From: an uncultured virus (IMG/VR IMGVR_UViG_3300033148_006032)
Taxonomy: Duplodnaviria; Heunggongvirae; Uroviricota; Caudoviricetes
Reading direction: 5' to 3' (one strand)
Virus record (IMG/VR): IMGVR_UViG_3300033148_006032
DNA: 64,000 nucleotides
The translations under genes and the position numbers were made by a program. Shown here piece by piece: positions 44,877 to 53,673 of this stretch. The notes under the pieces are model-generated. The model was not told the origin of the DNA. It saw nothing but the letters and a program-made list of their open reading frames with translations, and ran no database searches. Within the stretch, counting starts at the first letter, position 1, and every line of letters starts with the position of its first letter.

Positions 44877-45302
44877 CTACCATTCCTCTTGTGCCTCACA
44901 AGCTTTATTCAAACCGTTTAACAATGAACTATTATTTTTTACTTCATCCAAAGTGAAGCCAAGAGCATCAAGAGTATCTGTTACATCATCTGTGTACGTA
45001 TATTCGTGGTTTGCAAGCTCATAATAAAACATATCGAATATAAAGCCATCCCCGGTTGTGTCTTGTTTTATAGCTGCTTCCATTTCCTTGTGATGACTAT
45101 CAAACATAGTGTGAAATGCATTCTTATCTGTTTTCTTGTAATATCCTCCACCACCAAGACTATAAATTTTGTCTGTGTCTGTAGATTCAAGCCCAAGTTT
45201 TTTCATGCCCTCTTCAAATTGCTGGTTGTTAAACGAAAAGAACATAGGGAAACTGTTCACTTCTTTTTGTTGCTTTTCTTTTAGTACTGTATAAGTATTC
45301 AT
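44877..45302 (-). CDS. hypothetical phage protein
   Basis: FPMFFSFNNQQFEEGMKKLGL...MFYYELANHEY; RBS GGAGG. Confidence 0.7.
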   Translation of the reverse strand: MNTYTVLKEKQQKEVNSFPMFFSFNNQQFEEGMKKLGLESTDTDKIYSLGGGGYYKKTDKNAFHTMFDSHHKEMEAAIKQDTTGDGFIFDMFYYELANHEYTYTDDVTDTLDALGFTLDEVKNNSSLLNGLNKACEAQEEW

Positions 45303-45655
45303 AATTACCTCCATAATTTTATTTTTATTACTCTGGTAACGGGTTTTTGCAGATACCCGCCAAACTGTTTTACAATATTCTGTTAGTCTTGTATTGCTAC
45401 TAACTCATCACCTAATTCAAATATCATATAATCCTTTTCTCCGTCTATCACGCTGCACACATACCTGTCCATGTCCTTTGCTTTTCCCTTAATTAATTTT
45501 GCGAATCCAAACCCATCAACATATATTTCTTTGATTTCTGCTCTATTCATGTTTTACCCCCATTAAATATATTTTATTGCACTGGAAACGGGGTTTTTAC
45601 AGATACACCCGTTCAAAACTGTGTTATACTCTTCTTGATAACTTCCCAATTTCGG

Positions 45656-45838
45656 CTAATTTGCATCGTGGTGCCTTTTAGAAAAAGTCTGCATCCATTC
45701 ACTTAATATTATAGACGCCTCCCCTTCTGTTAATTCTGAGTAGGCTTTCATTAGATAAGGAATTGCACCATACATGTTTGTCACTCCACTATCTATCAGT
45801 TCATCTAAGAATATAAAATATTCTTCATTCTTTATCAT
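45656..45838 (-). CDS. hypothetical early protein
   Basis: FLDELIDSGVTNMYGAIPYL; RBS GGGAGGG. Confidence 0.6.
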   Translation of the reverse strand: MIKNEEYFIFLDELIDSGVTNMYGAIPYLMKAYSELTEGEASIILSEWMQTFSKRHHDAN

Positions 45839-45881
45839 CTTCTTCCCTCCCTTCCCCTCTGGGGTATATTATATGAGATTT

Positions 45882-46103
45882 CTATACAAATTTATTCGTG
45901 CCTCTTTTTTTCCATCCAAAGTCCTTGTACCCTTGTAAAATGGTCTCCTTGTAGGATTGACTGGGTGAACTTTTTTTACCACGTCGCTCAGGGTTGAGGA
46001 TGTACATTTGGATTTTGTTTAGTTCCTTTATTTGAATGTTTATCCATAGTATACCGGATTTTTGTAGGGTTCCTCCTTTCACAAATAAACTATCAACTTT
46101 CAT
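45882..46103 (-). CDS. short protein resembling the C-terminus of gamma-glutamylcyclotransferase-like phage proteins
   Basis: MYILNP...PSQSYKETILQGYKDFG; N-terminal YGS motif absent. Confidence 0.4.
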   Translation of the reverse strand: MKVDSLFVKGGTLQKSGILWINIQIKELNKIQMYILNPERRGKKSSPSQSYKETILQGYKDFGWKKRGTNKFV

Positions 46104-46113
46104 AATTCACCTC

Positions 46114-46320
46114 CTATTGCTGTTTTTTTCTTTTCTCCTTAATTCCAATTTTTAATAACTGCTCATACACGGCTATTTTACTGATTTTCATCCCTGTTTT
46201 TTTAGAGATTGCCTCCTGTATTAATTCAACTTCCTTAACTATGTCTTGGTCAATCCTCAAACTTACTTGTATCCGTGCTTTCAAGTTATAGCACCTCTCT
46301 TCTGTAATTTTACTGGGCAT
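46114..46320 (-). CDS. RHH/Arc-like DNA-binding protein
   Basis: IQVSLRIDQDIV...G..ISK..VYEQLL; true start probably an internal TTG. Confidence 0.55.
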   Translation of the reverse strand: MPSKITEERCYNLKARIQVSLRIDQDIVKEVELIQEAISKKTGMKISKIAVYEQLLKIGIKEKRKKQQ

Positions 46321-46539
46321 CTTTTACATGAATCTGTATCTTCCAGCCCACCACATTCTTCACATAATTCCTCCAGCCTACATCTACTACAGTTTTTCTC
46401 TAATGGTCCAAGTGTTTATGGACAACCACATTTTTCGCAAATACATATATCCATTTCTACATCCTTCTCTATCTGTTTATTTTTGTCTTTTTACTATCTT
46501 TTTTAGCAATATTCATTTCATTTTTCTCCACTTATGGGT

Positions 46540-46899
46540 CTATATTAGGCTGTTAATTAATCGCAATCCTTTTATTGGTAGTGGATCCAGACCAAGGCAA
46601 TCTTTTTCTATCTCCTGCACTTCTACTATTCGCTCAATTTTATAACCATTCTTTTGGAAAATATGTAAATTCTCCATTAATGCCGTAGAAGCGTCAATAA
46701 TTATAATATGGAAAATCTCGGCCTGTGCCATTAAGGCGACTAAATCCGGAATTTCTTTTGCCCAACATTGTGTTAATACAAGTTCATTTGTTTTGTAGTA
46801 ATTTTTCTTTGCTTTCAAATATGCTCTTAACAATGTGCCCTCCCCTGGTGTACAATTGCCTTCTTCCAATAATTCTTCTAATACTTTATTTCTTTCCAT
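46540..46899 (-). CDS. hypothetical phage protein
   Basis: RBS GGGAGG before ATG at 46899. Confidence 0.65.
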   Translation of the reverse strand: MERNKVLEELLEEGNCTPGEGTLLRAYLKAKKNYYKTNELVLTQCWAKEIPDLVALMAQAEIFHIIIIDASTALMENLHIFQKNGYKIERIVEVQEIEKDCLGLDPLPIKGLRLINSLI

Positions 46900-46925
46900 T
46901 TGTACTACCTCCCTAAATTTATTTT

Positions 46926-46986
46926 GGCCTGTACTCATCAGTGGTAGTAGACCATCTCCGCCATTCCCTCTTCCGAGGGATTCGAC
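46926..46986 (-). ncRNA. type II hammerhead ribozyme (U15.1-A16.1 variant)
   Basis: GUC-GAAU-CCCUC(GGAA)GAGGG-AA-UGGCGG(AGAUGGUCUA)CUACCA-CUGAUGA-GUAC-AGGCC; loop-I GGUCU pairs with 3' AGGCC. Confidence 0.7.
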
Positions 46987-47458
46987 TTAATTTTTTTTGT
47001 ACTTACATACTTTGCACCAACCTCTTTCTTGTGCCTGTTTGACTGTAAGGGCTTTGTATTTGCATTTTTTACACGGAGTATCAATCTCTTTTTTCATTTC
47101 GTTTTCCTCCTAGTTTTTTTTCATTTTTGTTATGCCTTTTCAAAACGATTAATATTTTCTGTAACTAATCCTATTGCTATTGTGTACCCTATACCATTTT
47201 CCTTCATTTCTTTTTTGTACCATTCTTTTAGTGCCTTTAATTTAATTACATGTTTCATGTTTGTTGTTGTATTTGTCATTTTCAATTATCTCCTTTTTTT
47301 CATTTTTATTATATCCTTTTAAATTGTTGTACGCTGCCTTTTTAATTCTTCTTTAATAACTCTATTAACTTCCATTAATGGTGTTACTTTTTTATTAGTT
47401 TTTATTGTCTTTGTCATTTTCATTATCTCCGTTTTATTAATTACTTACTACATTTACT

Positions 47459-47487
47459 ATTATATTATATAGTAATATATAGTACAA
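47459..47487 (-). promoter_or_regulatory. strong sigmaA early promoter (TTGTAC-17-TATAAT)
   Basis: Twin of 43372-43400. Confidence 0.75.
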
Positions 47488-47641
47488 GTTGTAATTGTGT
47501 CATATATGCTGATATTATACTGTTTACCCGGATCTACACCGGATTACCTATCAATGTTTCTAAATTTTACTCCTATTTATTCTTGTATGCTCTTATTTAT
47601 TAATTTTTTGTAAAAAAAGATTTAAATTTTTCCTGATTTAC

Positions 47642-47684
47642 AAAAAACCCTACCAAATACATACAAATTGGTAGGGTTTTCTTT
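47642..47684. terminator. intrinsic terminator ending the replication operon
   Basis: AAAACCCTACCAA...TTGGTAGGGTTTT inverted repeat with flanking A/T runs. Confidence 0.75.
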
Positions 47685-47821
47685 GTTAGGGGGTTCTACT
47701 ATAGTCTTAATAATTTTGTTTTTCCTATAGTTTCAGTAATGCAAGTATCCAATATTCCCTTAACGGGTAAGCGAATCATTTGCTTTTCCAACCGCAGTCA
47801 CCTTCTTCCTTCACACTTCCT

Positions 47822-48457
47822 TCACACTTCCTTTACCTTACTGATGCCATCTTTATTTTGCGTAACATGAAATACCTTGTCTGCATGGGCGGTTATGTCT
47901 TCCCTGGAAACCCGTTCATCACTAACCATAATAATTTGTAATTTCAATTTCTGGCTGATTTCTTGGATTATTGCCAATGCCCGCCTATTGGCTTCTTCCC
48001 CTTTCAATCTTGAAAAGGGTTCATCCAGTAATAACAACGATCGAACTTTTTTATCTCTCCGCATTGATCTGTATGCTATTTGCAGGGCAAGGGAGGCAAC
48101 ATCGATTGCCCCACCCCCAACACTTCCTATAGGCGGAAATTCCAGATTCCGACGAGTGAATAGAATTTCGACTTCTGTTTTTCCTCGCTTTTCCTGGAAA
48201 TTCAATTTCAGGCGGTATGGATCATCAAATACGGCTTCCATTGCCAAACTCACCTGCTCGGATAAATGATATTCAAGTTGCTTCTGGGTGGCAAGGGCTA
48301 CTCGTTTGACAATTTCTAAAGCCTGCTCATGCTGCACAAACAATTCTTTATCGGATTGCATTTTCTCCTCTAGGGTTGTTATGGATTGCTGCAATTGATC
48401 GTGTTGCCCTTTTTTGCGTTCCAGGGCATTTCGTAATATCTGTATTTTTTGATTCAT
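47822..48457 (-). CDS. SbcC/Rad50-like ATPase, C-terminal half
   Basis: Coiled coil, signature-like VGGG, Walker B LLLDEPF, MVS. Confidence 0.8.
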   Translation of the reverse strand: MNQKIQILRNALERKKGQHDQLQQSITTLEEKMQSDKELFVQHEQALEIVKRVALATQKQLEYHLSEQVSLAMEAVFDDPYRLKLNFQEKRGKTEVEILFTRRNLEFPPIGSVGGGAIDVASLALQIAYRSMRRDKKVRSLLLLDEPFSRLKGEEANRRALAIIQEISQKLKLQIIMVSDERVSREDITAHADKVFHVTQNKDGISKVKEV

Positions 48458-48788
48458 TTTTCCTTCCTTCCTGCTTAACCAATTCAAGTTTTGGCCTGTG
48501 CAAATCCTTTTGTATCTGGGTCATCTTCTTAAATAATAGTGCCGCACGTATGTCCTCTCCATATATTGTCTCAATAGCTTCAGTTATGTCCTCCAAGGCC
48601 TTGTGATATTGCTTCACTATGTTCAATAGTATATTATCATGCTGCTGGGTGATACATGCCTCATGATAATATACTATACGACCACAACTACAAGTGAGGG
48701 TGTTTTTAGAGAGAATTATTCTCTCCACCCTTTCTTTGACTTCCGTCATTGGGGTCACCATAGCTCTAATATCCTCAACAATTTTCAT
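48348..48788 (-). CDS. hypothetical protein
   Basis: Start overlaps the upstream stop; C-terminal part overlaps the next gene. Confidence 0.5.
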   Translation of the reverse strand: MKIVEDIRAMVTPMTEVKERVERIILSKNTLTCSCGRIVYYHEACITQQHDNILLNIVKQYHKALEDITEAIETIYGEDIRAALLFKKMTQIQKDLHRPKLELVKQEGRKNESKNTDITKCPGTQKRATRSIAAIHNNPRGENAIR

Positions 48789-49066
48789 TACATCTCTCCT
48801 TCCTCTTCTTTTTCTTGATCATCCATTAAGTCCTCAATCTTCTGTATTCCCTTGCGAATAGACCCTTCCATCTCTTCCAATTCTTGTGTCTGTTTCTCAA
48901 TAAGGGCCTCAGCCTCCTGAATCGTTTTCACTTCGAATTCTTCTAATTGTTTCATCAGGCTTTTTAATTCCCCTTGCAGCTCGGATCTTTCAGATTTCTT
49001 TTCCTCCAAATCTTCTTTCAAATTTAATAATTTTTGTCCTAAATTTTCTCGGTCTCGAGAGCCCAT
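48788..49066 (-). CDS. small coiled-coil protein, possible SbcC arm segment
   Basis: Heptad-rich 92 aa between SbcD and the SbcC C-terminal half. Confidence 0.6.
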   Translation of the reverse strand: MGSRDRENLGQKLLNLKEDLEEKKSERSELQGELKSLMKQLEEFEVKTIQEAEALIEKQTQELEEMEGSIRKGIQKIEDLMDDQEKEEEGEM

Positions 49067-50025
49067 AAAATCACATCCTTTATTTTTTGTGGTGTTTCGT
49101 TTTTAATGAAAAAAGCCTCCAGATTTTTTTTGAATGAAATGCCCACTTCCCAGTCTCCTTTCATCTGTTCAATATATGCTGAAATGTGTTCTTCCCTCCC
49201 ATTTTTCCTATCAATATGTTCCTGGTTGTGTACATCCTTTTCGATGGGAAAGAAGGCAGGAACTACCTTATTTTCCTCTGCATAATAGAGGTAGCACCTT
49301 GGCTTATAATTTTCTTGGTCTGCATTCATTCTCAGCATACTCCCTGGATTGACAAGTACACAATCACCTTCTTGAGAAGTGAAGCCACCGTGATTATCCC
49401 CTGTTAAAATAAGATTAAAGTGTTCCCCGAACATTTCAAATATATTTTGGTCTGTCCAGCTATTCGTACTCCATGGAGGGACTTGTCCTTTCCAAACTAA
49501 TTCATGCAGTATCAGTATTTTTCGCTTCTGGGTGACTGAACGGAGAACCTCCTTAGAATCAAAGCCCTCAAGCTCCCCAAAGGGTTGTCCAACCACAAAT
49601 AAATCGTTTGGGCATATTATAGATTGCGCCGTCTTTGCCTCCCCTACACCTAAGATATAGAGGTCATCATTGTCAAAAACAGCATCCAATAGAGATAATG
49701 CTGATTTCTCATAATATTCCAGGGAATGCATAGGAAGATCATGCTGTCCCGGAATACTAATGAATGGTTTTGGTAGGTAATCATACGCCATTGAACAAAG
49801 CCAGGGACTAGCTTTCCAATGATCAAATACATCCCCTGCACATAGTATAGGACAGTAATTGTTCTGATTACTCAAGGATTGCAAGAAAAACAGTTTATCC
49901 TTTTGCGCCTGTAAATAGTCATCCGTACGGGAAACCGGAGTGGTGTCCGTCAAGTGTAAATCTGATACTAGGATGGCAGATGCTAATTTTGGTTTTATAC
50001 TTCGTATTTTTTCTATTTCCAACAC
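49039..50025 (-). CDS. SbcD/Mre11-like metallophosphoesterase nuclease
   Basis: SDLH, AGDVFD, PGQHD, LH, TGDNH, NPGS motifs. Confidence 0.9.
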   Translation of the reverse strand: MLEIEKIRSIKPKLASAILVSDLHLTDTTPVSRTDDYLQAQKDKLFFLQSLSNQNNYCPILCAGDVFDHWKASPWLCSMAYDYLPKPFISIPGQHDLPMHSLEYYEKSALSLLDAVFDNDDLYILGVGEAKTAQSIICPNDLFVVGQPFGELEGFDSKEVLRSVTQKRKILILHELVWKGQVPPWSTNSWTDQNIFEMFGEHFNLILTGDNHGGFTSQEGDCVLVNPGSMLRMNADQENYKPRCYLYYAEENKVVPAFFPIEKDVHNQEHIDRKNGREEHISAYIEQMKGDWEVGISFKKNLEAFFIKNETPQKIKDVILWALETEKI

Positions 50026-50034
50026 TCCTTCCTA

Positions 50035-50178
50035 TTATTTTTTCAATTTCCCGCTATTCAGCATACTGAAATAGGTGGCCGTAATCTGTTTGTCGCTCAT
50101 TTTTGCAACCCGGTTTGCCTATTCTTCTGCCCCGGGATAAACTGCAAGAATCGCCTGTTTCATTAATTCTATACTCAT
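50035..50178 (-). pseudogene. small gene interrupted by an in-frame TAG
   Basis: MSIELMKQAILAVYPGAEE*ANRVAKMSDKQITATYFSML; RBS GGAGG; TAG at 50119-50121. Confidence 0.5.
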
Positions 50179-50192
50179 TGCATAAACCTCCT

Positions 50193-51383
50193 TTATACCT
50201 CTATTTTGTTATCACATAGTGGACAATATTCTGGAGCCAATTCGTGGAATTCCTCTTCTATTTGGTCAATCTTTTTTTGCAGTAAATCTATTGTTGTTAC
50301 GGTCCTTTGTCCACAAATTACAATTTGCTTCAATTTTTCCAATACGTATTTCATATCCTGGCAATTTGAAAATAAATTACGCGTTTCCTCCAGAAGAGAT
50401 GTGGTTTTTTTTATATATCCCATTGATTTCAGAAGAATGCGAACCTCCTTAATCCTACTTGATGCTAACTGTAATATAGCAATTTGTTCTGTTTTCTTCT
50501 TCCAATTCTCAAATGTTATTTTTGCCTGTTTCAATGTCGAAAGTCCTTCACCCACATATTCAGTGGAATTGAGGGTATCCTGGATTTTCTTTATCTTTTT
50601 TACTACGGTGGTACATCCAGCATGCTTCAAACATTTATTCTGGTATCTATTATGTAATTTTTCCATCCTAATACATTCCTGAAATAGGACAGGAATATGT
50701 TCTGTATTTTTCAATTTTTCTTCTATGTTTTCTGCCTTCTCTACCATCTGCTGTAAGGATTCCAAAACTTGAGCTTGTTTCATCCTTCCCGTCTCCAGTC
50801 GTTCCACCCGTTTTAAGCGTTTTTCAATGATTGGAATATTTGTATACTGCTCCATTCCTTCGACATATTCAGCAAGCTGTTTTTTGTCATGTATGATATC
50901 ATTATCAAGCTGGCTATATCGTTTTTTTAATCCGGCAAGGGTATGGTCAATATCATCAATGGCAGCCGCCTTATTCAACATTTGTGCAGCCTCCCCAGGT
51001 GTATTCGCAAGTAGAAATGGAGGGCTCATCTGTGCTTGGATGCTGGAAGCGTCCATTTGCAGAATATCTGTGACCTCCTGTGGTACATTATGCCCAAATG
51101 CAGCTAATACTTTCCCGTTGATGACATATTCATTTTTTGTGGTCGTGCGAATTTTTTCAATGATATTTCCTTCGGAGGTGTGTAAAATGACCTTAGTTTC
51201 CCCTCCCCATTCAGAACAAAAGGCATCCCCCAAAGGGCGGTTAGAACAAACCCAGTTAATCGCTCGTAAGATTACAGATTTTCCAGTGTCGGAAGGGCCT
51301 ATGATTACATTTGTTCCGGGTATGAATTCTATAATTGTGTTTTTATGCGATTGGAAGTTCATTATTTCAATTTTGGTTAACAT
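50193..51383 (-). CDS. SbcC/Rad50-like ATPase, N-terminal half with zinc hook
   Basis: NFQSH, Walker A GPSDTGKS, Q-loop, coiled coil, C-terminal CPLC. Confidence 0.85.
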   Translation of the reverse strand: MLTKIEIMNFQSHKNTIIEFIPGTNVIIGPSDTGKSVILRAINWVCSNRPLGDAFCSEWGGETKVILHTSEGNIIEKIRTTTKNEYVINGKVLAAFGHNVPQEVTDILQMDASSIQAQMSPPFLLANTPGEAAQMLNKAAAIDDIDHTLAGLKKRYSQLDNDIIHDKKQLAEYVEGMEQYTNIPIIEKRLKRVERLETGRMKQAQVLESLQQMVEKAENIEEKLKNTEHIPVLFQECIRMEKLHNRYQNKCLKHAGCTTVVKKIKKIQDTLNSTEYVGEGLSTLKQAKITFENWKKKTEQIAILQLASSRIKEVRILLKSMGYIKKTTSLLEETRNLFSNCQDMKYVLEKLKQIVICGQRTVTTIDLLQKKIDQIEEEFHELAPEYCPLCDNKIEV

Positions 51384-51588
51384 TGATTCCCTCCACCTCC
51401 AAGATTTTTGGATATGTAGCATCCGTATACTGACTGATTTTGTTTTTCCTACCTAATTCTTTGCCCAAACAAGTAGGTCCAATTCCCCGCCTAATAGATT
51501 CCATTTTTTTAAGGACTCTGCCGCATTTCCGGCATATGCCTGTGTATGTTCCTGTGAGCGTATCCGGATTAAAATGATAAGAGAACAT
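51367..51588 (-). CDS. small Zn-binding protein (DUF6011-like)
   Basis: CRKCGRVL...SIRRGIGPTC. Confidence 0.65.
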   Translation of the reverse strand: MFSYHFNPDTLTGTYTGICRKCGRVLKKMESIRRGIGPTCLGKELGRKNKISQYTDATYPKILEVEGINVNQN

Positions 51589-51593
51589 ACAAA

Positions 51594-51983
51594 TCAGCCT
51601 CGCTTCCTTAATAATTCAAAAAACTTTTCTGCATCCATCACAATGATTGGGTTACTGTGGCTTTTTTTTACCACCAATAACCAATCCGTTCCCTCCACTT
51701 GGTTGCTTTTTGCCTGTATAATCCATGCAGGAAGTGCCCAAGATTCCTGCCATTTGCATTCCACAGAGAAGGGAAATTTTTTTTGGGCATCACCAACCAA
51801 TCTGACATCTGTCCCATTTTGACATCCCTCCCGGGAAGCAATATGTTCATCCTTCCCCCAGGGCATATCCAATAATTTTGATATCTGTTGGCAAGTCCAT
51901 TGCTGCAATGATCTACCTTTCGCCTTTGCCGAGGAAATTGATATTCTTTTCTTTTTTGTAGGTGCCTGTCTTGTCCTTACCAT
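51594..51983 (-). CDS. PD-(D/E)XK Holliday junction resolvase-like nuclease
   Basis: KAKGR, GTDV, SVECK.QE, QA. Confidence 0.75.
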   Translation of the reverse strand: MVRTRQAPTKKKRISISSAKAKGRSLQQWTCQQISKLLDMPWGKDEHIASREGCQNGTDVRLVGDAQKKFPFSVECKWQESWALPAWIIQAKSNQVEGTDWLLVVKKSHSNPIIVMDAEKFFELLRKRG

Positions 51984-51987
51984 TGAT

Positions 51988-52188
51988 TTAAGATCCCTCC
52001 TTCTCAGCAGAACAAAGAGAATCTACACAAAACCCAACGAAATCCGCTGTTTCTATTGTTCCTCCATCACCACCTCCAAAACATAAAGAAAATGGATATT
52101 TCTTATTATGTGCAATTACGTTCATTTCAGCTTCTGGATTATATTTTTGTAGTCGTACAGTCAGATCCTTAACTTTCATATCTACCAC
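51988..52188 (-). CDS. hypothetical protein
   Basis: MKVKDL...LQKYNPEAE phage motif. Confidence 0.55.
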   Translation of the reverse strand: MVDMKVKDLTVRLQKYNPEAEMNVIAHNKKYPFSLCFGGGDGGTIETADFVGFCVDSLCSAEKEGS

Positions 52189-53252
52189 TCCCTTGGTTTT
52201 CTTTCTTCCTCAAATTGTGCTTCTATTTCATTCCAGCGTTCGATTACTTTATCTTTCAATTTCTGCTCCAAGCCTTCTTCCTCGATTGTTTGAATAGCTC
52301 TCACAATTGACTTACCCAATTTGAGATCATTAAGCATGTATATGGTATCGCGTGAATTGGCCTTGAGAAATTGTAAATTCCCGCGTATATCATCTATCCC
52401 ATAATCATATAAAATATTCACTTCTGCTATATGATAAGGTTTCCAAACAGAGGATTTGAATACTTCTACCTTTGTCTTAATTCCTATTGTCCTTTCATGG
52501 TCTGTACCATGTATAGAACGTTTCATCTTGATTTTTTGTGGAGTAAGGCATCGTAGGCGGAGACTGGAATAAAATCCAATCGCCTCCCCCCCTGGGCTTT
52601 TGTGTTTCACTCCATATGGCCCTGCATCCGCATTTTGGCGAACTTGATTTGAGCAGACCATTAAAATATTTTTTTGGGAAATGATACGACAGGTTTTTCT
52701 CAGCTCTTCACTGAATTCTTTGGCTCGACGCATCCCCATTTTATCCCCTTCCTCCTTATCCATTTCCAAGTCTGTAGATAAGGCTGCTAAAGAATCTGCA
52801 AATACTCCATATACGGATGTACCCTCTACTTCCTCACTGTCTGGCACCCATTTTCTAACAGATTTGAACATCTCCGGAATAGTATTTGGTATACTGTATT
52901 CTATTTCCTGTGGAACAAGTCCAAACATCTTAGCAAATTGTTTATTGAGTCGTGCTTCCGGATCGTGGAACATGATATTTCCACTCCTTTTTTGCAGCAG
53001 CCCTGCTATTTGGCAAAGTAATACTGTTTTCCCAGCAGAAGAAGGTCCAAAAATTTCAACAAATATACCAAGCGGGATACCTCCCTCCCGAAATCGACCG
53101 CCACTAATGGCTAAATCCAATAATGTAGAACCAGTTGATATGGTTATATTCTTCCCATCATATTCTCCAGGCTCCAATAGATTTCTATTTCTGTCCTCTT
53201 TTTGCTTTCTTTCAACTTGCACGCTTAGTTTTGTTCTCTTCATTCTATACAC
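52182..53252 (-). CDS. recA: RecA/UvsX-like recombinase
   Basis: STGSTLLDLA.SGG, EIFGPSSAGKT, DSLAAL, NQVR, PGG.A..FYSSLR. Confidence 0.9.
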   Translation of the reverse strand: MYRMKRTKLSVQVERKQKEDRNRNLLEPGEYDGKNITISTGSTLLDLAISGGRFREGGIPLGIFVEIFGPSSAGKTVLLCQIAGLLQKRSGNIMFHDPEARLNKQFAKMFGLVPQEIEYSIPNTIPEMFKSVRKWVPDSEEVEGTSVYGVFADSLAALSTDLEMDKEEGDKMGMRRAKEFSEELRKTCRIISQKNILMVCSNQVRQNADAGPYGVKHKSPGGEAIGFYSSLRLRCLTPQKIKMKRSIHGTDHERTIGIKTKVEVFKSSVWKPYHIAEVNILYDYGIDDIRGNLQFLKANSRDTIYMLNDLKLGKSIVRAIQTIEEEGLEQKLKDKVIERWNEIEAQFEEERKPREW

Positions 53253-53638
53253 CCCACCTTGCTTTTTAATTTATTTATTATATATTCAAGGTGGCTTTTT
53301 GTTATTTTCTTCCGCCTTAAATTTCTTTCAATTTCACACATGTATTGTTCCTGCTCCTTCTTGCTCATATTCCCACTTTCTATTACCCTTCTTTGCCATT
53401 CAAATACCGCTCTTTCTATCAGGATGTCCATAATTTCTTTCTCAGTTTTTTCTACAGTATTCACCCATTGCATTATGATTTCCTTTAGGATACCTTGAAT
53501 ACTCTTTCCAAAATAAACAGAAAGCAATCTTAAACAATTAGCGGATGGCAAGGGAAGATAAGCCCCCACCAATTTACTTTTGTCTTGTGCTTTTTCTCGT
53601 TGACTCTTGAATGGATTTCTCTTCCCTTTCTCTACCAT
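53240..53638 (-). CDS. hypothetical protein, possibly RHH-like
   Basis: In-operon ORF with RBS. Confidence 0.55.
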   Translation of the reverse strand: MVEKGKRNPFKSQREKAQDKSKLVGAYLPLPSANCLRLLSVYFGKSIQGILKEIIMQWVNTVEKTEKEIMDILIERAVFEWQRRVIESGNMSKKEQEQYMCEIERNLRRKKITKSHLEYIINKLKSKVGCIE

Positions 53639-53673
53639 ACCACGCCTCCTCTCTTAATTTTTTATTTTTCCTA

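Noticed and set aside
45625..45658. TAGCCGAAA after a stop codon, resembling the start of the 42383-42444 hammerhead
   Set aside because: No cleavage triplet, stem I or CUGANGA follows; at most a remnant.
41770..47640. Early-region repeats as a CRISPR array or integron attC sites
   Set aside because: Repeats are few, irregularly spaced and separated by whole genes; no cas or integrase gene in the window.
5342..50121. In-frame stops (TGA at 5342, TAA near 46417, TAG at 50119) as evidence of genetic code reassignment
   Set aside because: Three different stop codons are involved, all in small accessory ORFs; all three codons end core genes normally and no suppressor tRNA is seen. Gene decay or sequencing error is more likely.
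50206..53433. Long + strand ORFs (50206-50682, 50827-51456, 52681-53433) and similar antisense ORFs elsewhere
   Set aside because: Shadow frames opposite well-supported genes, without recognisable motifs.
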